NCBI RefSeq assembly: GCF_009834535.1
Contig: NC_045697.1
Location: 38,194,001 to 38,258,000, forward strand
Origin: Camelus ferus
Taxonomy: Eukaryota
Direction: 5' to 3'
Length of the DNA: 64,000 bases
Shown here: positions 52,571 through 64,000 of the stretch, in pieces
Position numbering within the stretch: the stretch's first letter is position 1
Layout of the letters: the number at the start of each line of letters is the position of its first letter
The notes under the pieces: generated by a model
The model's database searches: none
What the model was told of the DNA's origin: nothing
What the model saw: only the letters and a program-made list of their open reading frames with translations
Program-made: the position numbers and the translations under genes

Positions 52571-53275
52571 TTTTGTTGCTGTTATTGTGTCCTCAGAGGT
52601 CCCCACACCAGGTGTCTCATTGCCCAAGTGCTATCCTCACCTGGACTCAATGAGATTTTTGCCCCAGCATTACTTCATTAAGGGCAATCCAAAGATTCCA
52701 CATCTAGGTGCCTGCCTAGGTAGATACATCATTTTATCTGACATTTTTCCCGAGTTCTAAATTAAACAAGGAAAAATATTTCTGGGTTTTTCCTTAAAGA
52801 GTTGGAATGGTGCTATCTTATCAGCTGTTTTTCACTTCTCTGTGAAAGAGAAGAGAGGAGAGACCCTTAACAGACGGATTCTTCATCCAGTTTGTGACAG
52901 GAAAACCAAAATAAAAAACAAGCCCCTCTCTCTTCTATGCTGTGTGACCTCAGTTATGAAACCAGTCTTCCTCAAGCAAGAGAGAGTTCCCACAGGTACA
53001 CCCCACACTTGGAGCACCACTTAAAGTCCAGGGGCCACTTCTCTGATTCTTGCTTTCTCCAGAGGCAAATATAGAAAATCTGGATTCCTACTCCGGTTCT
53101 ATTGCCTAATTTTGGAAACCAAATTGACATCTCTCATTCATACTGACTAAAGAAAGCAGGATGGGTCAGTAGGCTACTAGACACGGTTCCCAGGAAAAGG
53201 AAGGCGGCAATTTTCCTCGCTAAGCAATGCCAGCGAATTCAAGGAAGAGGCGGGCCTCAGCGATGGCTGGCTCAC

Positions 53276-53400
53276 CTCGGCGCCCGCGGCTTTTCGGAAC
53301 CAGCACACCGAGTAGCCCCTGCGGGAGAAGCGGCCCTGGCTGCCGCAGGCGGGCTCCTGAGTGGCTGTTACCTTGTCACGCACAGGGTCAGTCCGCAAAC
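53276..53400 (-). pseudogene. Probable first exon, inside the CpG island
   Basis: Strong donor GAG|GTGAGC (GT at 53275-53274). One frame reads ...YSVCWFRKAAGAE with no in-frame ATG. The 5' boundary is uncertain. Confidence 0.5.
53367..53379. promoter_or_regulatory. RFX X-box-like element GTTACCTTGTCAC
   Basis: One strong GTTACC half-site plus a degenerate second half, located near the probable minus-strand transcription start. Confidence 0.4.
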
Positions 53401-54691
53401 GCGCCCCAGGATTCAGGCCGCCCCCCCCAGGGCCTTCCCCTCGGCCACCCGGGCCCGGCCACCTGCGAGCTTCCGGACTCGCCTTGCTCTGGGACGCCGC
53501 GCGCTCGCGGCCTCACGGGAGGCGGCAGGGTGGGCGGGGGTCTGGGGAGGACACGCCCTTGGCCCCGCCTCTCGGGCTGAAGACCCTTCAGGTTTCCCCC
53601 CCTGGCGCTCCGCAAAATGCGACTCCTCGCCCAGACCTCGACCCGACCCCGCCCCGCGCAATGAGCCCGGATTGGGGGTGGGGGTGGGGGTGGGATGTGG
53701 GGAAGGGGCCGCAAGCCTGGCATTGCAGCTAGAAAGGAAATGAGTGCGTGGAGGTGGGGGAAATGGAACTCTTAATTTTATATTGAAACTAGTAAGTATA
53801 GGCTGTGGAAGTAAATGTATCATTTACATGCAATCTTAAAATAATACACGACTTTAAAATAAACTTAGCGGGGGTCAGGGAGACCCTCGGGGTAGCCAGC
53901 TGCAGGGAGGTGCCTTTGGGTGCAAGTTTGAGAAACGGTGTCACGTACGCGAATGCTTCTTTCTATACACGAGTTCTTGCCTCTCGACCTCGCTGTGCAC
54001 CCTGAGTCTGGATCCAGGAGACGCCCAGTCCTACGCTGGGCGTTCAGCTCCGCAGCCGCGAGCCCAGGTTGGAAGAGGACCGCAAACCCAACCCCACCCA
54101 CACCCCAGCCCACCCCCGAGTCAGACTCGTTTACCGACTGCCATCTGGGCCCTCTTGGAAAAAAGCTGTAAGGACATGGGTTAAAAAACCACAAGCGGAA
54201 CCTTAGGGCAGTGGAAGCCGAGCAGATTCGAGGATAGATGGTAATGATGGCTTAGAAGGCCAGGTCTTTTACTAGACTGATATATTATTGCTCGTTTTAG
54301 TGGGGCAACTTAACAACAAAATAGCCTCGTTTTCTTTAAATGTCCCAGGAAAGGAGGTTAAATACACCTGAGTTGTTTTTAAGTGCTTACAGTGTCATCC
54401 AGCAACTGCCCCGAATGAACTGGTCCTCTACATTTTTCACAGGTCCGCGCCATTAAGAGGGCCTCAGAATGGAATTACACCAGAAATATATGGAATCTCT
54501 ACAGCAATATGCAGTTGGGAGAAAATACAAATGGAGGAGGTTGCCTTTTTATATTTTCTTGGAGAGAAAAGAGTAACAAGTTTAAAAGTTTATGAAGAGT
54601 TCCATTGTCTTTCAAGAGACGCTCAAGCATGAAGGGCCCTAGGAGAGAAACAGTGCATTGGATAAACTTACAGTTCTCCTCCTTTTTCTCC

Positions 54692-55504
54692 TGTGTTTCT
54701 CCTTTGCTACTCACAGAAAACATTTCACTTCTGGTCACCAAATGTGTGGAAGTTTTTCCCCACACCAAGCAATTCTCTATAGCACCAGCTGGGTATTCTA
54801 CGATTTAACTCAGTTCTAACACTGTCTACCTGGAGATGGGGTCAGATCCCAGAGGTTAAGGGCTCAGTCCCAGGAGACTGTTCCCACCTTACTTCAGATG
54901 CCAATCCCAAGCAGCAGGTCCCGAGGTTACCCACAACTTGTTTGATCTCCCATCACCCTCTTCCCCTTTGATTTGATTATTTGCTGTAATAGCTCAAAGT
55001 ACTCAGGGGAAAACGTACTTATGTTTACCAGTTTAGTAAAGGCTAAGATAAAGAATACAGATGAACACCAGATGAAGAGGTACATAGGGAGAGGTCTGGG
55101 AGTGCCACCACAGAAACTCCCGTCCCCACGGAACTCAGGTACGTCACCCTTCCCATAGGTGTATGTCTTCACTCAGTTCGAAGCTCTCCAAACCATGCTA
55201 TTAGGGTTATGGAGGCTTCCCCACATAGGCATGATCAATTATTAACTCCATTTCTACCCCCTCTCCCCTCTCTGGAGAAGTGGTGGGTAAGAGGGAGCAG
55301 GCCTAAAAATTCCAAGCTTCTAAGTATGACTTGGTCTTTCTGGTGACCAGGCCCCCCAACCCATCCAGGAGCCCACCCAGAGTCGCTTCAGTAGAGCAAA
55401 AGATGCCTCTAGTGCTCTTATCACTTAGGAATTTACAAGGGTGTGGGGAGCACTGTATTAGGAACCAGGCACAGAGACCAATCTGTATTTTCTATTATCT
55501 CACA
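54692..55504. mobile_element. MER21-family LTR
   Basis: cacttctggtcaccaaatgtgtgg...cacaccaagcaattctc...gtcagatcccagaggttaagggctcagtccc...tattatctcaca. Confidence 0.7.
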
Positions 55505-56959
55505 CATACACTCTAGCCTAAGCCATATATGATGCACGTGATACACTAAATATTACATTGCCTTTATTGAGGAATCTCTACAGTGCTTTATTATTTCCAA
55601 TAGTGCAGAATTAAACATTTAATTTGTAGTTTTCTATTGTCTCAGATCAGTCACTGAACATGTTAGAAAAAATGGTTTATCAGTCAAAAGTTTATTTGAA
55701 TGAACTTTTCCCCTACTTTGTTTTGTTCCTGATAGAAATATAAATTTTTATCCTTTTTTTACCTTAACACTAGTACAGACTGTTTAGAATGTACAACATT
55801 GTTACGTATATATGAAATTCATAGCTCTTAAAAGTGCTTTATATTTTTATCAACTTTCAAGAAGAAATTTCATTATTAGGAAGTGTGGAAATTGCAGTTA
55901 TGCAAATGACAGATATTTTGTGAACACCCTAAGCTCTACAAATGTTTAATGGTAACAATTTCTTTGGCACATCATAGCTTTTATTAATTGGTTTCCATTT
56001 TTGTAATTTACAATCCAATATCCTATATATGTGTATGCTATTGGCACATTTAATGTGAAATTGATCCACATTGTTTTCCCAAAGCAGCTATGGAGAAGTT
56101 TCATTCCATCTAAAAATAAATGCTAAGACTCAATGATGTATTTAAGAGACAAGTGTTCTCCACTAAACACTATTTTTTTCCACTTTTCTTTACAATGAAA
56201 AAACGTGAAGATTGAAGTTGTCAGTCTTCTTTCATGTATAGTGTGAGTGTCCAAGGACACAGAGTGATTTCATATCCCTACCTAAAAAGTGAAATTTCTT
56301 TTTGCTCAGATTCCTCAACTATAGGGACTTTCTGGTTCCTATTATCCTCAAATGTAAAATGAGAGAACTGAATTATCTAAACTTCTTTCCAGCTCTATAA
56401 TTTTAGTATTTTTAATATTGTATGCTCTACAGAATGCTCAGAACAACCAACAGTAACATTTTCTAAAGATCATAAAGAGTAGAGGAAGGATTCAATAAGC
56501 AAATACATTGGGCAACATTTTCCTTCTCATGCAAACATACTCATGTTAAAAAGTTGCATTGTGTAATTCCATTATTTCAATTTTGTACATTTTTAGTAAT
56601 TATTGGTACCTAGGAAAATTGCAAATCCGATGATATAAATACGTACTTTTAAAATCTCATGTTGATATTTCCTTTTTATAAGGAAAAACATCTAAAAGAG
56701 TAAATCTGTGAAAGCCACTGTTGCTTGTATGATTCAATTTAATTTTTAAAAAACCATGTACACAATATTTTTTTAAATGAGGAAGGATACAGATGAGTAC
56801 AAGGATACCCAAATTTTATAAGATTTAAACTGATTCTGAACCTGATAAAGATAACAACCATGAACATAGGTCTATCCAGTTAGTTCTAAACATACACTGA
56901 ATTTTTGTGAAAAGTCAGCTCTGATTAATCCAATCGCTCTCCTAGATAGTGTAGTAGAC

Positions 56960-57800
56960 TTTTTTTTCCTGAGGCTGTTTCAGTAAATGGCACCACTCTG
57001 TCCACTTGTTCAAGAAAGATATCTGAGAATCATTCTCGACTTCTCCACCATTCCAGCACCTCTCATATCCATTCTCCCCACAGCTACAAGGATGGTCTTT
57101 ATAAAATGCAAATTTTTACACGTGTTCCTCCTGGCTAAAAACCCTTAAATGGTTCCCTATTAGTCTGAGGATAAACTCCTAACTCCCTCAATAGATTTTC
57201 AAAGCTCTTTCTAGTTGACCACCCTTCTCCGCCCTCCCCCGCCTTTCCTCTTCTTGCCCTGCCCACCTCTTCATCTCCTGCCATGCTTCTTCCCAAAGGC
57301 CCTTGTTCAATGATTCTGATTTCCCCCAGGTACAGGAATGCCTCTTGCACCACTCAGCTTGAAATGCTCTCTGGCCCTTTCTTCCCTGGCTAGCTCCTCC
57401 TATCCCATCAGGTCTCTGATTAGATGACTTCTTCCAAGTAATTTCCCAGGTCCCCCTTCTACTGCCCTCATAACACCACACTGTAACCCCACCACAGCCT
57501 TTATCACACAATATTGTAATTACCTATTTGCCTCTAGTTCACCACTAGACTAGGCTACTAACCTGTGCCCTGAAGGAAGCTGCATGGAGAAAGAGTAAGC
57601 TTTCAAGTCAGAGACACCTGGGGTCCAATCCCAGTCCTGCAGGTACAAGTTGTGTGCACTTCAGCAAGTTGCATAACCTGTCTGGGTCTCAGTTTCCTAT
57701 CGGTAAAGGAAGAGGACCATTATAAAGATTAATGGAACAATGTGTGGAAAGTCTTTGCATATAGCCAGGCACTTAGTAGATGCTGAGTAAATAGTAGTTA
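56960..57800. mobile_element. L2 fragment followed by MIR
   Basis: aaatggcaccactc...aaacccttaaatggttccctatt...cagcttgaaatgctct, then cagcaagttgcataacctgtctgggtctcagtttcct. Confidence 0.6.
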
Positions 57801-58514
57801 CAAATGGTAACAGTTCTGCCCCCAATATCCTCCTGAGGGTGTGAAAAGATCCTCATTAGCTATACATACTTAAGGAGGTTATCTGACTGGTCTTTTATGC
57901 CTCAGTTTCTTTATCTAAACATACCCCGTGTAATCAGTATAATCATAGGAGAGGCATGAAAGTATTTTTAACAAATACAACATCTTAAAATAATACATTC
58001 CTTTGCTTATTATTTATTGAAAGAAATGTGATTTTAAAACATTAAAATATTAAAACTAATTGGAATTATTACACTAATAATGTAAAACAGCAAACTCTCA
58101 CTTTTAGCCATGACCTTTAACATTTTCCTTTCTGCGTTCTTTTTACCAGAAAAGACAAGTTGTAAAACAAGTTGTTGGGAATTTTGCCACACTTTCTACT
58201 GCCATCTACTAGGACAATAGTGGAACTGAGCAAGTGAGTGGCTAGTACAGGAAGCCCCAGGAGTCAGGAAAATCTATATTCTGTGCAACACAGCCTTGCA
58301 TAGTTCAGATTAGGTGGGGTTTGTTTGTTTTTTTTTTTTTTGCAATTTATCATCCATCTTAGACTCACAGACTGTCAGAACTAGAAAATACATTAGCATT
58401 TTGGAAAAAAAGAGAAGACTGAGCACACATACATCTAATTTCCTTCCCTACAAATTCTACAAAAATGACAGAAAAAGATTGTGTTAAAAACACACAAGAT
58501 AAAAAGAATGAGAA

Positions 58515-59418
58515 TAGACATGTGGAAAAATGCTCAATATCGCTAATTATCAGAGAAATACAAATCCAAACTACAATGAGGTATCACCTCACACCAGTCA
58601 GAATGGCCATCATTCAGAAGTCCACAAATGATATATGCTGAAGAGGGTGTGGAGAAAAGGGAACCCTCCTACACTGCTCGTGGGAATGCAGTTTGGTGAA
58701 GCCATTATGGAGGACAGAATGGAGGTTTCTTAAAAAATTAAAAAAAGACATACCATATGATCCAACAATCCCACTTCTGGGCATATATCCAGAGGAAACT
58801 CTAATTCGAAAAGATACATGCACCCCAATGTTCATAGCAGCACTATTTACAATAGCCAAGACATGGAAACAACATAAATGTTCACTGACACATGACTGGA
58901 TAAAGCAGTTGTGGTATACACACACACACACAGACACACACACACACACACATACATACAGCGGAATACTACTCAGCCAAAAAAAGAAATAATGCCATTT
59001 GCAGCAACATGGATGGACCTAGAGTTTATCATGCTAAGTGAAGTAAGTCAGAAAGAGAAAGAAAAATACCATATATCACTTATATGTGGAACCTAAAAAA
59101 ATGAGACAAATGAACTTATTTACAAAACAGAAACAGACTCACAAAGTTATGGTTACCAGGGGGGAAAGGGGTGAGGAGGGATAAATTAGGAATTCAGGAT
59201 TTGCAGATACTAACTACTATATATATAATAGATAAACAGCAAAGTCCTACTGTTTCACATAGGGAACTATATTCAGTATCTTGTAATAACCTATATTGAA
59301 AAAGAATGTGAAAAATAATATATATATATATTATTTTATATATATTTGTATGGCTGAATGACTATGCTGTACACCAGAAACAAACACAACATTGTAAATC
59401 AATTAAACATTAAAAAAT
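58515..59418 (+). mobile_element. 5'-truncated lineage-specific L1 with TSD
   Basis: ORF2 C-terminus ([21 protein letters not shown]), 3' UTR and A-rich tail. AAAAGAATGAGAA is duplicated at 58502-58514 and 59419-59431. Internal (CA)n at ~58917-58960. Confidence 0.9.
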
Positions 59419-59797
59419 AAAAGAATGAGAAAGGAAGAATAGCAACAAAATATTGTAAGCTGGAAAACAGTGACTGCATGGTAATTGACTCAGAAAGCTG
59501 ACTTAGCCCTAAATCCTAAACCTGCAGAAGGAAAATTGAGAAGCAATCCAGTTTCACTACAGAATCCCACAAAGATCTGGAATTGGCAGCACCAAGTACC
59601 TCTGAAATAGGGGCAAACATACAGCTATTGAAAGATTGACTTAGTGTCTGTTTAAGAAGCAGTTAGGTCCACAGCTCACTCTCTCCCACCCTATGCAGCA
59701 AATCAATTGTTTCTCCCCTACCCCATCCAAACACTGGAGTTTACTTTCTGGAGGTAGAAAACAGTTTCTGGACTAGAGGACATTCAGCCCAGTTGAG

Positions 59798-59853
59798 AGT
59801 ACTTAAACAGATATTTTATATACTGCGAGTATTAACAGATATTTATATACTGC
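59798..59853. repeat. Two-copy tandem duplication of ~28 bp
   Basis: agtacttaaacagatattttatatactgc / gagtattaacagatatttatatactgc. Confidence 0.7.
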
Positions 59854-60299
59854 ATTTATATACATTGAGAAGACCCTGTACACACCCTTCCCCAACCTCT
59901 TTTCTTGATGAGCTCCAGGATGAAGCTCCAGGGCTGTACCTTTCAAGCAAGAAATTGGAAAATAGTTCTCTAGGGAACATGAGTAGTCCAAATTAACATC
60001 TAAAGATAGCACAAAATTTCCCTGCCAAATCACCCTTCAGTGAATTCCACAGTCAACAAACCCAGAGCTTCCAATCAGCACAGAGCCCTTACATATGAGC
60101 AGATGGCCAAAGATCCCCAGATATCTGAGGGAAAGTCTGTAGCACAAAAAGAGGAGAGAAACTCAAACAAATGAATAGGGTGTGGGAGGAGCCACATTGG
60201 AAATACAGAGACTATGTGGGCAAAATAATGCCTTAAATAACTATAAGTAATGTACTCAAACAGACAGGAAAAGTTGTTTTACCCATAGAAAAAGAACAA

Positions 60300-61210
60300 G
60301 ACACTATCTGACTTCACGACTTACTATAAAGTTACAGTAATCAAGACAGTGAGATATTGGTGAAAGAATAAAGAAATATATCAATGGATCAGAATAGAGT
60401 CCAGAAATCAACCCCCATATAATCAACTGATCTCTGACAAAGAAGCAAAAACAATATAGTTGAGCATAGTCTCTTCAACAAACGACAGTGGAACAACTAG
60501 ACATCCACATGCAGAAAAAATTAAAAAGAATCTAGACACAGACCTTACACCCTTCACAAAAATTAACTCAAAATTGATCATACCTAAAAGTAAAACATAA
60601 AGCTATAAGACTCCTAGAAGATAACATAGAAGAAAACCTAAATGACCTTGGGTAAGGTGATGCCTTTTTAGATATAACATTAACCAAAGACACAATCCAT
60701 GAAAGAAAGAATTGATAAGCTGGATGTTATTAAAATTAAAAACTCCTGCTCTGTGAAAGACAATATCAGGAGAATGAGAAGACAAGCCACAGGCTGAGAG
60801 ATAATATTTGCAAAAGATACATCTGATAAAGGACTGTTGTGCAAAATAAATGCAAACTCTTAAAAGTCAACAATAAGAAAAAAACTCAAGTAGAAAATGG
60901 GCCAAAGTTCTTGACAGAGACCTCACCAAAGAAGACATACAGATGACCTATAAGCATATGAAAAAGATGCTCCACATCATATGTCATCAGGGAAATGCAA
61001 ATAACCAACAATGGTACTATTATAAACCTATTAGTGTGGCCAAAATCCAGAACAACAAGGTCCTACTGTTTCACACAGGAAACTATTTTCACAAGCTTGT
61101 AATAACCTATAATGACAAAGAATATGAAAAAGAATATATATACTTATAGATGTACACCAGAAACTAATAAAACATTGTAAATCAACTATATTTCGACTGA
61201 AAAAAAAACT
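60300..61210 (+). mobile_element. Older L1 ORF2 fragment (~60300-61035) plus short young L1 3' end (~61035-61210)
   Basis: tgacttcacgacttactataaagttacagtaatcaagacagtg...gacctcaccaaagaagacatacagatg, then aacaaggtcctactgtttcacacaggaaactat...aaaaaaaa. Confidence 0.8.
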
Positions 61211-61701
61211 AAATAAGTAAATTACATGTATATAAAATTTTGATAATTCTATAAACAATTATAATAAATTTAAAGTAACTTTATTTAATCCCTCAATTTT
61301 ATACAAAGAGAGGAGAACCCTAGGCCAAGGTAATTCAAAACAGTGAGTAGCAGATTAAGTAGTTGAACCAACATGTTCTAAATCAAAAGTTTAGCATCTT
61401 ACCATCATAGCACATTGCACCCTGTAATAGCAACTTCCTGAATATCCTAAAATAAATTTCTGGGAGTTCTGCCTTAAGCCTTCTTAAATTACTTTTCTTC
61501 ATGTTTTATTGAATGCCTAATAATGCTACAGATTTCTCCATTTTGCTTTGAATTATTTGTTAAAAATGAACTTTTTTCTAATCTGAAAACACTTTCAAAA
61601 TAATATACCTTTCCAATTTTGCCTCTGTATCGTCAGAGTCCTGCATTCAGTGTTTCTCTAAATGGCTGGAGAGTCTTTGCTATTGATGAAGAAAACCCTG
61701 T

Positions 61702-61778
61702 CTTTTTTTTTTTAATTGAAATATAGTTGACATACAATATTATGTTAGTTGCAGGTGTACTACAGAGTGATTTGACAT
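61702..61778 (-). mobile_element. Very short L1 3' end
   Basis: Poly(T) followed by aattgaaatatagttgacatacaatattatgttagttgcaggtgtactacagagtgatttgac. Confidence 0.7.
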
Positions 61779-61807
61779 TGTCCTTTATTTTTTGTGTGGA
61801 GTATTTT

Positions 61808-61858
61808 GTACCCATGGTAACTTTTATGACCAACAGAAAACATTTCCACTTCACGTCA
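61808..61858. promoter_or_regulatory. X-box-like GTACCCATGGTAAC plus CRE-like TCACGTCA
   Basis: Near-palindromic RFX motif at 61808-61821 and a 7/8 match to TGACGTCA at 61851-61858, in non-repetitive-looking DNA. Confidence 0.35.
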
Positions 61859-64000
61859 ACTCAAGTCGCCAGTTTAATATTAACTTTAATGTTTATTTTT
61901 TCCATTAGAAAAATGACATCATTATAAAGAGTAGTTACACTAAGCAATGATATATAATTTACCATGCTTCAGACTTTAGAATAAAACTCCATGTGAATAC
62001 TCTTCCAACAATACTCCATTAGTTATAAGTTAAATACATACTAATGGACATCTATAAAATTATTTTTTAAAGAACTGTAAGGACCTGTCATAAGCATATC
62101 CTCCAACACTGACAATGCTTTTTCCCAGAACAATGTGCTTGATAGGTCTTCAATCTCAGAACTCTAAATAAAAGGTAGTATGCTTTTAAGATATCACTCT
62201 TTATTTCAATACTGTAGACTATTGTGCATGGTTTCTAATCTTACGGGACTGTGTCAATCAGGTTGGGTTCTCCCTGAAGGCAAGACTGCCTACATAATAA
62301 ATGCTCAGTAAGCATTTGCAATCATTGTGTAATCAATCAGAATTTGGAATCATGGAATGTTAAAGCTGAAATATGCCCCAGGGATCTATGGGTCTAACTA
62401 CTTTTTACAATTAAGGAAATACTAGTAAATGTTTGAGTGTGTACACTTATGTCAGACATTTCATGTGCATTTGCTCATGGCAGCCCCACCAGACAGCTAA
62501 GGAAAAAGAATCAGGGAGATCAGGTAATGTGCCAAAGGTCACACAGCTGGTCAGTGCTAACCCTGGGACTGCAACAAAGGTGACTGAAGACCAGAGCTTG
62601 TGCTTTGATGAAGCCCAGAGATAGATGTTTCCTGATTTACATATGATCATATTCCACACTTCCAGTGTGGAATCTTTGAATTGCTGCTCTGCTGACAGAG
62701 TCAGGCCTAGAATTCAGATTGGCTGGCTGCCCAGGGCAGTAGCTCATTGTCAGACCCATTAGTGTGTATATTAAGTTAAAAATGAGTTTCTGTCTGGTGA
62801 TATTCTTGACTCTAATTCCTCATTTTTATTTAGTGAAATTTGAAAAGACTATGCATGTAAATTACTCCTGCAAAACTGTTTCTCTGAAACATGTATCTTA
62901 GAACTAAAAAACATCAGCTTTGATTCTCTTTCATTTCTTAAATAAGACAACAGAGGCTCAGAGAAAAGAAACTAATCCAAGATCATTCCACAGCTAAGGG
63001 AAGACAGGGAACTGGGACGGGGTCTCCAGCCTCCTAAGGCAGGGCAGCACTGCCCCGCATGTGGATAGAGACCTCTGTCGCCCAGGTTCTATAAATGCAT
63101 ATTCCAGACATATCCTTCTGGGACTTTTCATCTCTCCAATTACTTTCATTTGTATTTACAAATATTTCCAACCTCTGATTTACTCCTTACCCATTACTAT
63201 CTATACCAGATTCAATTTATGTGCATCCTCACATTGGCTCGTTGCCACCTGCCAGTTGCTTAGTGGAGAGCTCTGGCCACTGCAATCATTGCCTCTTCTC
63301 CTAACACTGCTGAAGTCTCCTTTTATGGGGGAAGACAGGAGGCTGGCATGGCCTCCTTCATGCCCCTGCTAACAGAAGCCACGGCAGCTCCAACACCAAG
63401 TCCAGTCTTACCAACCCACAGAGTTGCAAAGCATGGGATATGGATTTCCCATCAGCTGTCCAAAGGGATCAATGGGGCAAACTCTGACCAATGAGAATTA
63501 TAAGGAGGGAACAAACAGAGCAATTTATTTCATTTCTTTTCCACAATGAACTGCTTCAACATGCCGTGGTTCCGGAGAGCCTACCCGGAGACATCTTGTG
63601 TGACCAAGGCACCAGCTGTGTTTTCTTTTGAAACTGTGGCCAGGGCAGTGATGGTCCACCCTTCCTCTCTGTGTCACCCTGCCTTCCCCTCACTCTTGCT
63701 GCCCTGGGACCACACTCCCCAATAAAACATTTGTGCAAATGCTTTTTCTTAGGCTCTCTTTTTCACCCAACTCATATCATAAAAGTTTCAATTTCGGAGA
63801 AATAAAACTCTGACAAATTAAAAATACCGTTTACAAACTCAACTGGTAATTATTGTGGATAAAAAAATTTTTTTTCTGAGATCTCTTGAGTCCTGGCAAT
63901 AGGGAGAGGGGACACACGGGAGGAAGCACAGAAGGGTCTGGTAGAAGGTAAGTGTAATGCTCATCATGGGCCCAACTTTTGTCTCCAGTTTAAAAAGCAG

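Larger units (their letters stand above)
1156..53400 (-). pseudogene. Multi-exon unprocessed pseudogene of a tandem cyclic-nucleotide-binding-domain protein (CNBD1/CNBD2-like architecture); 3' end probably lies beyond the window start
   Basis: Phase-compatible exons at 49531-49639, 47167-47237, 40669-~40760, 36532-36691, 34205-34287, 7073-7151 and 2281-2428 splice into ...SKDLEKLKTFLLIQPKHRNQENLR/LCLKKNRSFHSLPNEVQLQLCQTIICQE/FEAASMILRQGHVPLECYLIFAGYLKV...EFEEDNFIG/EIYLLTNANWPASILCKTDMKLL..., a recognisable cNMP-binding fold. Multiple stops and frameshifts are present. Confidence 0.8.
53180..54230. promoter_or_regulatory. CpG island promoter (two CpG-rich lobes, ~53200-53720 and ~53870-54230)
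   Basis: Abrupt rise in GC content and CpG density against a CpG-depleted background. GC boxes (gggcgggg ~53532, ccccgccccg ~53647) and an inverted CCAAT (attgg 53671). Confidence 0.9.

Noticed and set aside
53177..54194. Several overlapping 66-136 aa ORFs on both strands
   Set aside because: Pro/Gly/Arg-rich frames are expected from stop-codon depletion in a CpG island, and none has a recognisable domain.
41656..59096. ORFs similar to reverse transcriptase/ORF2 C-terminus (e.g. 44209-44391, 58693-58992)
   Set aside because: These are fragments of truncated L1 elements, not host genes.
1..64000. CRISPR arrays, operons, rRNA or other prokaryotic systems
   Set aside because: The sequence is mammalian, and I saw no regularly spaced repeat-spacer array or rRNA-like sequence.

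Overview
AT-rich, repeat-dense mammalian genomic DNA. Three tRNA-derived SINEs resembling the camelid Vic-1 type, plus artiodactyl-type L1 3' ends, suggest a camelid. The ORF track is almost all noise. The main signal is a multi-exon minus-strand gene that I reconstructed by hand from splice sites. It starts at a CpG island (~53.2-54.2 kb) and probably runs off the left edge of the window. The spliced exons encode a protein with one clear and one partial cyclic-nucleotide-binding (cNMP) domain, an architecture like CNBD1/CNBD2, though it does not match my recollection of either. It carries several independent lesions: a premature TAG, a lost splice acceptor, a 1-bp deletion, a 1-bp insertion, a TGA, and Arg->Trp in the phosphate-binding cassette. 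It therefore looks like an intron-retaining unitary pseudogene. The 27-kb gap between the two domains holds a second set of long, phase-compatible, exon-like segments with single in-frame stops and no identity I recognise. The rest is L1, L2, MIR, MaLR/ERV LTRs, MER/Tigger DNA transposons and microsatellites. All repeat family names come from recalled consensus sequences, not database searches.
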